Source of the DNA: Azolla caroliniana
Lineage: Eukaryota > Plantae > Polypodiophyta
NCBI GenBank assembly: GCA_043228905.1
Contig: JBHGNT010000001.1
Coordinates: 8,122,001-8,186,000 of the forward strand
Length of the DNA stretch: 64,000 bases
Direction: 5' to 3'
Every line of letters starts with the position of its first letter. Position 1 is the first letter of the stretch. Shown piece by piece: positions 25,624 through 37,800 of this stretch. The notes under the pieces were generated by a model. It saw only the letters and a program-made list of their open reading frames with translations, was not told the origin of the DNA and searched no databases. The position numbers were made by a program, and so were the translations under genes.

Positions 25624-28600
25624 ATGGTGGAGGTTCAAACGTCATCATCATCATCTTCTTCTTCTGAGGAGTTCCTCGACGTTCTCACGAAGTCAGGACA
25701 GCATACTGGCCTCTCAAAGCCTCGGTACCAAAAATCCTTCTTCTTCTTCCTCTCCCTTTGTTTGTTTCTCTTCCTTCTCTGACTCATTCGATTCATTTAA
25801 TGTCATTTGATTTTTTTCATTCCTCTCCCTTTCTCTCAATGAAGATCTCCCCCCCCCTGGCAATCAAAGTCCTTTTCTGAAATTCCAATTTATCACGGTT
25901 TGAGAGAGATGTGGAGGATCATGTTTCGACACATTATATTGCATATGTTGCAGTTAAATACATAACCTTCTTCTTCCTCGGACAGCCAAAATGCACCCAC
26001 CCTTTCATTGTACATCCCATTCCGTTGTCCACCATATGCACTATTGCTTTCATGTAACTTAGCTCACATTCTCTTCTATGTAAGACAATGCATTGTGGCA
26101 CGAGTGAGCACACCCGTCCACTATGCATTTTTGTTCCTAAAAAAATGCGAGTTTGAATGTCACATTCTATTACAATGATCTCCCGTTGATCACATTCAAG
26201 TTTACAATGATCATTGGTAAAATTTTTACACATCAAGCGTTACTAATCAATGCCACACATATTGTGTGAAAATGCTTCCCTTTAATCTCATGAATCATAT
26301 TTGATCTTTAGAAATATTAAAATTAATCTAACAATCAAGCTATCAATTTATGTTTGTACATATGCTCTCTCTCTCTCTCTCTTAGAAGACGTTAATATAT
26401 CTTTCTTTCTTTCTTTCTCTCTCTCTCTCTCTATCAATACATGACTCTTGCCTTATCTATACCACTAGGAGAAGACAGGGAAATCAATTGCTGGTATTCA
26501 CGAATGAAATATTGGTTTCAAGCATATGACATGGTTATGGATGCACTCCTATGATCTCAGTGTGGATAGTCTTGACTATCCATTTTTGGACTTGTCTAGT
26601 GAGAGAGAAATAAATATCATTGAATTAAACAAGAATAAACCTGGATCAATCCAGAAGTTCAACTCGGCACAGAATTGGCCAATTAAAAGCACCTCTTCTT
26701 TCATATTTTCCTGGATGGTTTCACTATTCAAGTTAAGTATTTGGAGACACATACATTACATGCCATCGCACAATGATAGAGAAAGTCCTGACATAATCTC
26801 ATCAATCCAGATAGAGATGGGATATGCACATAGTGCAAGAGAATTCACATATCCCAAATTTGCAGTCAAGAAGTTAAATTCGAAGAGCATTATGTATGCA
26901 ATTGCCTAGTCTACCATGACATTAGAGGATACTATAATTGTCTCTTTGGAAAAGGATTTGGACCTCTCTATAGGGTGAAGTACCCTGATCAAAGATGCTT
27001 AATGGTCTTCCTTCTAGAGATAAGGGGATATAGAGAGGGACCTCTTTAGAGGCAAGTTGACACTTATTGACCCATTTTGGTAGAAAATTTCGACAATTGT
27101 TTTCCACTTGAAGTACTACTTCCATAATGTACAAACAAAAATTATGACAAATAGAGCTATTTTCATTGCTGATGCCAATCGAGACCATGAATCTGATGTG
27201 CATATTTCCATAAGATCATCATATAGTATCCAATATGCCGTCCTTATCCATTGACCTTTCCATATTGGATCAATACATATGATAGAACTGGATTGTTGGT
27301 TATTTATGATTACATTACAAAGCCATTTAGTTTTCGAAAGCTAGAGTAGTATATATATATTTTTTGTGAACACACATTGACAAGTTAACATAAACAAATG
27401 TAACCCGTGTTAGGTGTCATGAGCCATTATGGTCGTTTAGAGGTGTTAAAATTCCTCTGCATCTTTCTTTCTCTTTTCTTGAATCAATCAACTGATTTTA
27501 TTTCATAGGATTTCTTTCTATAGATGAATTGGAAAAATCTGACATAAATGTATAAATTTTGTGCCAAGTCCCTTCAGTTGTATTACTGTTCTCTGATGTA
27601 CAGAATATTTCACTGTCATTCTAGAAAATGAGAAAAATTCAACAGAAGATGTTTAAAATCTATTGAATTCCTCAAGGTATTACATCTTAAAATGTTATAT
27701 TTTGTTTGAGAATAACAAACAAAAGTAAATGAAACTAAGTACAAAAGTACAAAAGTAAATAAAACTAAGTGGCTGAAAATCCCATTATCTATGGATGTAA
27801 GATTCTCATGTTAGATGGATTGTAATTTTTTTATTCGAAAGATCTCTAGCATAGTTTAATCCAAAACGGAGAGATCTCCAAAGTGAGGGAAGTATTTGTG
27901 ATGGCGGGTGATAATGGCCGTTATTTGTCAATGAAAAAAGTGATGAATTGACCTTATAATTGCTTGAGAGCACGTTAACCAAGGGAATTTTGGGAAATAA
28001 TGAAAACTTCAAGGTCTTTGTGGCACAAAAGAATTACTAAGGGGTATTTGGGAGTTTTGTCTTACGATTTATTTCATATGCTTGTGAATGACATCTCTTT
28101 CACATTAACTTATGACAATTTTCTATTGAAGCTTTCCCCTTTTTATGTTTGATGAACTGTGTTTCATGGAGTCATGATGCTCTTATCCTGTATGCTCATG
28201 CTCAATCATCATGCAGCTCGCACGTGCACAGAGATGGTGATTATCATAAAGCAGTCCAAGTATGGATTTATGTCGAGAGTACAGGGGAACTAGTCTTACA
28301 GAAACGTGCAGATAGGAAAGATTCTTGGCCAGGTCTCTGGGATACATCAAGTGCTGGGCACATCTCTGCTGGAGATACATCTCTTATATCAGCAAGGTAT
28401 ATATGGTTAATCAGATTATAATTTTATGAAAAACTCCAAAATTCCCTGAATTTCATCCTATTTCCACAAACACCCCCAAGTTTGGAGAAATAAAGAAAAA
28501 GTCTACAAAGTCACAAAAGCATCGACAATATATAAAGATTGCACCTGGGTGGAAGTGTCACACCATTCTCTACTCAAAGCTATTGATTATTAATTGCTTT

Positions 28601-31600
28601 TTTTACTTCCTTTATACTTTTAACTTCCATTGAGGTATTATTGGCGTTTCAATATTGACATTAGTTATTGCTATTTAAATTCACTTATATTTGAACTTTT
28701 TGTTGCTGCAAACAGCTAGTAATATGTACATTCTTCTAACAATAGTTGTCCAATGTTTGGGTAGGGCTTATTTTGCTGACCACAAGACTTCTGCAAGTCA
28801 AAGCTGACACACATCAAAGTTTTATAGGATTTATATAGCCATTTTCTTGGCATTTGTGGTTTTTTGTTTATTTTTTGGCTGGCTTAGTCCAAGTGTAAAT
28901 AAAGTTCACAAGCTGCCAATTTCCTTAATGCTAGATTGCAGGAGATATATGATCCTTTTTCCTTCCATTGGTTTGGTTTAATTGTACACGTTTCTATTTA
29001 CATTCACTTTCCGTTCTGGTGGATTTGAGGGAATGACCTCTTATTTTCTATTATATTTAAAATATGAAAAGCTAATTTTTGTTTTGCTCTGTAGGAGAGA
29101 ACTGGAAGAAGAACTTGGGATAACACTTCCATTTGAAGCTTTTGAGCTGATCTATGTCTACCTTGAAGAAAGGTGAGTCACTTTGATTTTCAATTATCTT
29201 CTTGTGGTCTTAATAGAACACAATGATGGTTGACTATGTTGTTTCTTTTTAAAAATCATCACATATATGTTCCCAGCAAACATCATATCTTGAATTTGGG
29301 TTAAAATGTTCTTGATTATTACTTTTATCTAAAATGCCATTGCTATGTTTTTCTTGAATGATTTTTGTTTCTTTCATCAATTTCATACTTAATTCTTATT
29401 TTTTGTATTGTAACGAAGATTTCTTTTGTTAAATTTTCCTTTCTTATAGGATTATCAATGATGGAACTTTCATTAATAATGAACATAATGATGTGTACCT
29501 GGTGACAATGTTGGAACCCATCCCTCTTGATGGATTTTCTCTTCAGGTAAAATTGATGATATTTATACTAGTCCTTTCATAGTCTATTCTATTGTGTACA
29601 CTAGCTTTTGTAATTAGGCTAGTGTTCTCCTTTGGGAACACACACAATGGAAGTGAGATACATCCCATTAGGGAGACATATTAATGCCTACTACTGGCCC
29701 ATTGTTCAATAATGTAAAGCTTAACTATAGTGAAATGTTTTTATATTGAGATCCAAAATTCAAGTTTTCAATGATGAAGAGGTATTGAGTTCTTTTATGA
29801 CATTAGTTAATGATAACTATTTTTATTTTATTTATTTGCTTTTTCTGGAATTCTCAACGTCAGGTGAGACAACATTGCATGGCCATTGTGGATGGCTGAG
29901 AACCAAAAGTCTATATACTGAAGGAGCCAACCCTGACAAGCCTTGTGATCAGCATCTGGTTGATCCAGTTAGCATTGTGTTCCCATGTGTGTAGAGGTTT
30001 GTGCGTCCAACTGTAAAGTGTGTCAAGTCTTGTAAAGTCACTTTAGGTTAGGGCCAACAAAAATCACTTAAAAGATCCAGCAAACAACCTCTGATGTAGA
30101 ACTCGAAAAATTATCTTTAGAGCTAATGGATAATCATTTTAAAGTGCTGAAGTCTTCTGTCTCACAGCCAATCAGCTCTCTTTTCTACTGTCTTCGATGG
30201 AGAGTATTCTGGAAACTATTAATACCAGTATATCCTTGAGCAGTGTATAAGTGTGGGGCAGTATTATGGGTAGTTGTACAAGTTCAACCAATTTATATGA
30301 GCAGGAGGATGTTGCAGATGCTCTTTCTCTGAGACATGGTCTAATGCAAAAAAACAACTGTAAACCAAAATTGGAATTGGAGGCTTTTGCACAATTTGCA
30401 TCTGACCTTGATAAGGCTACTCAGAATCAGTTAGCGAGAGGTCAACGGCTACATGAATTGCTTAAGAAAGCTCAATCAACCCATAAATCCACAAATTGCG
30501 GCCGGTAAAATGGAAATATGGCAATTGGTAAGTAGTATCACAATTTGGTATATTTGGAAGGCGAGGTGTTTGAAGGTATTCCAAAATGTGATAGAAAGAC
30601 TTTCTCAAACAATTACTGGGACTTGGACAGAATTGTGCATAATCTAAGAGATTCTTTGGATAACATAAAGGGTAATACAGAACATGCAGTGTTGCAACGA
30701 TTGGAGTTTCATCCATATGGGACTAAGGAATATTTTATAGGCAGTTTTTTCACAAGGTGGAGTGGTTGTACACTACACCAAAGTATTTATTTAAGCCGAT
30801 ATCTAGAACTTAACCTTGATCAAACAACGAGGGTAATTACCCATATGTACATATTTCATGTACAGCCTTAGAGCATTTCTTAATACTAATGTAGTATCTT
30901 TTTCTGAAAAAAAACTGCCATCTGTGACCCCACACAATATCAGCTTGATCTGCTTGACTATCACCCACCCTGAACTAAGTTACGTGGTTGCTTTATGTAG
31001 CTATTTCATGTGGGAACCGCATGATGTGCACTTGGACTGCCCTTAGCAGGTGATGTGGCATGTCATAGGCACCGTGCATCGTGGTAGCTTCTACAAAGCA
31101 GGAGTTCCAATATGGCTTGAAGGTTCGTGGATGCCGACTGAGCCTATAATTTGGTGAATTGACAATCAGCATCAGGTTTTGCATTCTCATTGAGAAGCAA
31201 TGCCATCTTCTGGAGTAGCAAGAAGCAACCTACTGTGGTGTTGTTAAGCATAGAGGCGTGGAAGTTTCCACATATGAAGCTGCCTGGTTTTAGTGGATCC
31301 TGAAAGACATTAACATTCAATCAACGGTCCGGATCCTTTGCAACAACCTGAAAAGCATACAGTTGGCGAGAAACTCACTGTTCCCTGCTTGGATTAATCA
31401 CATGAAGGTGAATTATCACTACATTTGGGAGAGAATTGCAGCATGATTTGTGAATCACCAACATATCTGATCTGATCGCCAGACGATGGATATTTTCATC
31501 AAGGCAATGCGGCACAGACAACTTGAGTTTTGTATGATATGTAACTGTATCATAACTTGCGTAGCCCTTGATTGACCTTTAGCACGGAGGAAGGCCCCCT

Positions 31601-33960
31601 TGATTTCTAGCAAGAACAGCTCCAAGTATCATTGGCCATCATATTTCATTACCTTGTGGAGTGGGCCAGAGGTTTCCTCAAAGGGGCAGTGGTATCTCTC
31701 ACTAATTTTAATCAAAACAATAAAATGGCAAACATAGTGTTGCTATGTTTCCATATCTTGATGGCAGAATTGGCAGGTTTGTTCCACCCACAGCGTTGCA
31801 TGTCTCAAACTCTAGTTGATGTGAAGAGGACATGAGCTTCCCTCTTATACTTCAGGGTGTATGAACAGTTGTGATACCCCCCAACTGAACATCGGATGCT
31901 GAGCAAATGACTAAATTGCAGCGCTTGGAGAATAAAATATTATGCAGCAATCACCTTTATAAGGATGTTTGCAACTTAATCTGTACTTGGAGAATACTCC
32001 AACTTTAGATCTTAAGTAAAAGTTTGCTCACAAGCATAATGGTACTTTATCTCAATATGTTTCGTGTTCGCATAAAAAATGTGGCTCTTAGCATTAGAAT
32101 TTTGGTTCGCAGTTAGGGTAGTGTAGACCCAAAATGAGAAGTCTCCATGTTCTGAAAGTTTTCTCTTTGATGCAGTTCTGATGACTCCTTAAGCTGTCCA
32201 TCACCATCTGCCAATTGTGTTTTCTTACGGATGTACCTTTTTTGGAACTGTGTGACCAAGCTGCCTGTGTTGTTTTTTGTAGGCTTTTGCAATAACTATA
32301 ATTTTCAGGCTTTTAGATTTTGTACTTCATGTACAGTTAATATAATCCCCGTTTTGTGCAAAAAGAAAAAGAATACTAAAATGGCTTCTGTCTTATTCTA
32401 TTTTTGTAGCCAAATTGTATTGGTACATTTGTGAATTTATTCTATTGTAACTTCTCACCCTGAAGTAAATACATCCAAGGCTCAAGACTTTGGCAGTGAG
32501 ATGTTGTTTGTACTTTATCTCATATTATATTGGTAATCTCATGGATAGGAATCAGAAGTATCAATGGTGAAATACATTGGATGGGAAGAGTATGAAAACC
32601 TTCTTAGAAAAAAGGATCCTGAGTATGTCCCTCACGAAGTTGATGGAGATTACAGCAAGCTTTTTTCAACAATTCGGCAAAGGTAACTTCTAAATTTATA
32701 ACCCAACCTGAAACATTAGATTATAAATTAAATATGTGAAATGAAGAACATTATAAGACTAATGCTCTTAGCCAATGAGTTGAATATTCTGAGAGCTTAT
32801 CTACACATATATTAATGCGATTCTCAAAATCATAACCTATGATTGAATGTGCTGGCTGTATGTTGAGACACAATAATCTTGATGAGTGGCCTTCTGCCGT
32901 TAATTGTTTCCATAGCTTGAATATTGTGGAGCTTATGCTCATTAATTGTTTCCATAGCTTGAATATTGTGGAGCTTATGCTCATTAATTGTTTCCATAGA
33001 GAAAGGATATACCGTAAGATTCTTGATATCAGTTGTGTTTTGTTTTTCAAAAACTGAAGGATAGTAGCACGTCATGTTTTTCAAATATTTTTACCACCTT
33101 AGTTATTAATTTGCACATTATGTTTGGTAAACAGTCATAAAAACATTAATTTCACTTTTTCCTTGATCTTAACATTTAGATATGGTTTGGATCCTCTCCA
33201 ACAACGTTTGTCCATTGAAAAGCAGTTGGATCGTTATGCTCATGTTGTTTTGACAGCAGAGGTATATTGTTTGAATTTAATGCATTGTGTAGAAATTTCA
33301 ATAAGGTAGTTCATGTAGTTGTTCTTATTAAATATTGGTATATATACTTTAGCTGATGTGAGTAGGGTTGCTGTGGCACCTAATCCTTGCTACATACCAT
33401 GTTCGAGGAAAGTCTTTTACAAGCTCGGAGCAAACATGTTAAATGAAATAAAAGTGAACGGAAAAGAACTTGATCTTAGTCCTCATGTGGTTCATAATTT
33501 TTAAAATGTCTTTTATTATACATCCATCTGCATTTTCCATCTCTCTGTCCTTTTTGTCTGTTTCGTTTCCCACTCACTCACTTGGACACACATGCATACA
33601 CACTGAGTTAATCCTGAAATATCCGCTGTTATAAGGGCATACTATGCTTTCAACATTTATAGAATTGACAAACGTTCAACAAGTCTTCATTGAGTTCTGC
33701 GAACAAAATAGTTTCTCTTATTTTGTTGGCATTGAAAATAAAAGTTCAATACGTTTCATACAATTTGTTTTAATAATCTTAGAACCATTTACATTGCTAT
33801 GCAGTTATCAACATTAAGCAATGGAGACCTCCAAGCCCTGTCGCTTACAATACAAGCAGCTCAAATTCTTGATAAACTATTTCTAGAGCAGGTTAGTGCC
33901 ATGTTGAATGTACACTTGCTTATATTTGGGAGTGCAACAAATCTTCATGAATTTGTCTAT

Positions 33961-33994
<34 letters not shown>

Positions 33995-34078
33995 CGCAGC
34001 ATATAGGATAGATGTATATCTGTAAATAGGGCCTGATGATGATTCCATCCTCTGATGTGTGTAAAAAGTGTCATAGAG

Positions 34079-34149
<71 letters not shown>

Positions 34150-34654
34150 AAGATATATTAACGTCTTTTAAGAGGCCAAAATGGCCTATAAGACCAAATA
34201 AGAGATTACATCTTGAGTGTTGTCTCGTCTTTGAGAACAAATCAAAATAAAATAAATACTACACAGTAAATATAAAAGTAAATAAGATGAAAAGAGAAGA
34301 AACGAGGGAATCTGGTTTTTGGCCAATGTGAGATTCTCAAGTTAGGTATATTGTAGCTTTTGTCTTCGAAAGATCTCTAGCATAGGTTGATCCAAAATGG
34401 AAATGTCTCCGAAGCGAGGGAAGCACCTACGATGGCGGAAGATAATGGCTTTTATTTGTCGATGACAAGGGTGTCGAGGTCGTGGTCCATGGGGGCGGGG
34501 CCTACGTGCATGGCAAATTGCTATTGCCCGATCAATTGTAACCCCTTTGTTATGTCCTGGTCTGGAGCCCATTTGTGTATCCCGTGATGGACTTGTAGGA
34601 TTAGTAGGAGTGATGGGGCTAAAGAAAGTTGTGATTGTTCTTTGTGTCTTAGAG

Positions 34655-34691
<37 letters not shown>

Positions 34692-34819
34692 TATTAACGT
34701 CTTTTAAGAGGCCAAAATAGCCTATAAGACCAAATAAGAGATTACATCTTAAGTGTTGTCTTGTCTTTGAGAACAAATCAAAATAAAATAAATATTACAT
34801 AGTAAATATAAAAGTAAAT

Positions 34820-34860
<41 letters not shown>

Positions 34861-37800
34861 AACTATGCTGCTTTCAGGTGTGGCCGACAAACCCTTTGTT
34901 GAAAAGCTGGTTAGAAGAGCATCAAGAAAAATCTGACCTTGCGAAACTCCAATATGCATACTACTTAATTAATAAGAGTCCATGGTATTTATGATATATC
35001 CAATATATGTTCATCTCAATGAAAATAGGTAGGTTTATGGGTGCTTTACATCTACATATAGATTACAAAGGATACTTCGACAGGTTAAAAAACATAGAGT
35101 GAATAAAGTATATGCATGAATTATTGTATGTCTAATTAGTATAATCTCTGTTTAGAATTACTTATGAAAGGTAATTCATCTGCTAATTGTAAACCCTGCA
35201 CACAGTTCTTGATAACGCTTGAATAATGCTGAAGCGCTTGGATTTCAAAATTTCAAAATGGTTGGGGAACTTGATTCAAGACCGTGAGTGTTTGTCGGTC
35301 CTCAGTCTCCACTCATGCCTAGTACCTTGAGTTTTAATATCAATCTAAGCTCCTTCATCAAATATATAATGTAGCATTAATATAGTTCTAGTGTCTTTAC
35401 TATGGCAGGCTATTCTGAGTTTTGAATTCAACATTATTCTGGTCCCTTGATTCATATTATCCACAATGGACGCCATGAGTTTGGTTCTCTAGCTGAGTAG
35501 ATGACCAAAGAGCATCCCTAGTGCCTTTGTCAATTGTTCTGTCCTCATTACATAGTTATAGAGGCCTTACAAAAATCCTGAAAACCATGCTCAAAACCTT
35601 CATATGCGATGCACTCCAAAGTGACATGTTCTTCTATTTCTGGTATGTTGAGGCAGCTAAATGCTCAGCCCAGCCCTGGTTTCTATTTTCGATGTCTGAG
35701 CATGGAAACCATCATGGCCTATCTCATTCTCTTCAGCATGGGTGTGTGGATGTGAAATTGGGCATTCTCCCAGTATTTCATATTAATGCGGCTGCAGTGG
35801 TACTCAAACTTAGATCTCTTCTAGATTGTTCAAAAGTTTGTGTGGAAGGCATCTCTGCTACGTGAATCTTTTCTCACGTGTATGTATGTCTCTAGTGCAA
35901 ATAGTGATTATGGATTGTAATTCTTTTTGAACATTGCTAGATCTCCTTGACCTCTTACTTTCATGCTCAGTATCCACAGTGATCAGGTTAATGTAACCCT
36001 CAATTTATGAGACAGAACATGCATCTTGCACTAGGTTTCTTAAAGGTTAATATAGGCCAGCTTGTGGGATAACTAATTGAGGCATTTTCCTTTCTCCTGT
36101 AAAAATCAGGTTAATGTAACCCTCAATTTGTAGCTCTGGCTTCGCAATTCTCTATGCTTCAATCTTGCTGTCTTATATCTTGTCATCTGCAAGTTTTATC
36201 CTTGGTGATGAATTACATTGTCTCTGGGAGATAGGCCCAAGAGATTGATGGGAGAGGAAGGAGAGAGTGGTGTGGAACGGAAGCAAGGATGGTTGGTGAG
36301 TTTGAAAGAAGGTCAAAGTCGGTCAGAACGAGAGATAAAAGTCTGAAGCTGGGAGGAATGTGCACTTAACTCTTTCATTTTCTGTATACATTCTTGCATA
36401 TATGGACACTTTCAATCGAGCACCCTGGATGATTAAAAATCTGAAAAAGAAAAACTGAACCTGCATCAACACCATATCCTTTCCTCTCATGTCCAGGATA
36501 TATTTTTGCTCAACGCTTTCAAAACAATAATACCATTAGTCAACTTAGGAATATCTTCATAAAATCAGGTTCTTGTATCCTTGTAGGCTATAGCAGTAGA
36601 AGAACGTGACTTAGGCAAAGAAGAAAGTCTAGATTTAGTAGGTAAATTATATATGGTGTCAAAGTCATTGACTTACAAAGTTTTATTCCAGAATTATTAT
36701 GGCGCCAAACTAATATGATCCCAAGATATTTAGCTGTATATGTTTATACTTAGAAGTAAAATGCTTCTGGACTTAATTTTTGTGCCTGAAATTGCAGGTC
36801 ATGCCTTGATAATAATGAAGCTTTCTTAACAACAGCAGATTCTGCTGTTTGTGAAGCATATGGTGCTTTAAAAGGTTTGCCTGGATGGAAGGGTTTACAT
36901 TATAGAGCTGCATTTCCTTCATTGAAGCCAGCTGGTGCTAATTTTTATCCTGCTGATATGGATCAAGGGGTAATTGCCTTTTCAAAGCAAAGATAATAGC
37001 AGTATTTGAATGTGCAAAGTAACCATTGCATTTAGAATGTAGATTAGGGGATGAATGCACTTGTTGAAAACTTAAGTTTTTCGTTATTGCGAATAATGAG
37101 CCAAATGTGTAATTCCTTATAGGAATTCAAAATATGGTGTGAACAAAATGCAGAAAATCAAGATGTTGCCAAAGGTTTTTTCACAGTTATTAGACGGCAT
37201 GAACAAGTAATTGGAAATGCAGTTAACAGTTTATTTGATTCCAGCAAATCTAGTGGTGGTTTGCATGTAATACCATACTCAGAGGAGTATGATGCATATC
37301 TTACTGAAGCAGCAGAGCTTTTGCATGCAGCTGGGCGGTCTGCAGATACGCCAAGGTATAATTACCCTGTTACTATTTGTTTTTGTAATACCTTTCCATT
37401 TGATGGATGATATCTAAGATTCATTTTGTGTAAAATGAACCATCCCATAAAGCAGTTTGAAATGCCTGTTGGAAGCGAAGGCTGATGCGTTTATTTCTAA
37501 CGACTATTATGATTCAGATGTTTCTTGGATACAGCTGGTATATGTAAATCTTTGATTAAAATAAATGCTTTGCTATCCTTTCTCTTGATTTTTTCCACAT
37601 TGCACCAGTTATTTGTGTAATACAACCTGAAATCCATGGATTAAGAATGATAATGAATAAAACTGTTGACAAGCCTGTTTCTAGTGCTGCAGTTTCAAAA
37701 TGCTTGTCAATGCAAACTCAATATTTTCGAAGTCCTAGACTATGAACAAATATGATTGATACACAGTGCCAGTAGGTAACTTTGTCAGCAGTAGCAGCAA

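Noticed and set aside
26520-27300. L1 RT remnant in NUDT3 intron 1
   Set aside because: Only a vague resemblance (NCRNFL..W); too weak to call without a search.
30251-30508. Functional nuclear atpA-derived gene
   Set aside because: Only ~40 codons with an internal deletion, intronic, non-ATG ORF and no targeting signal.
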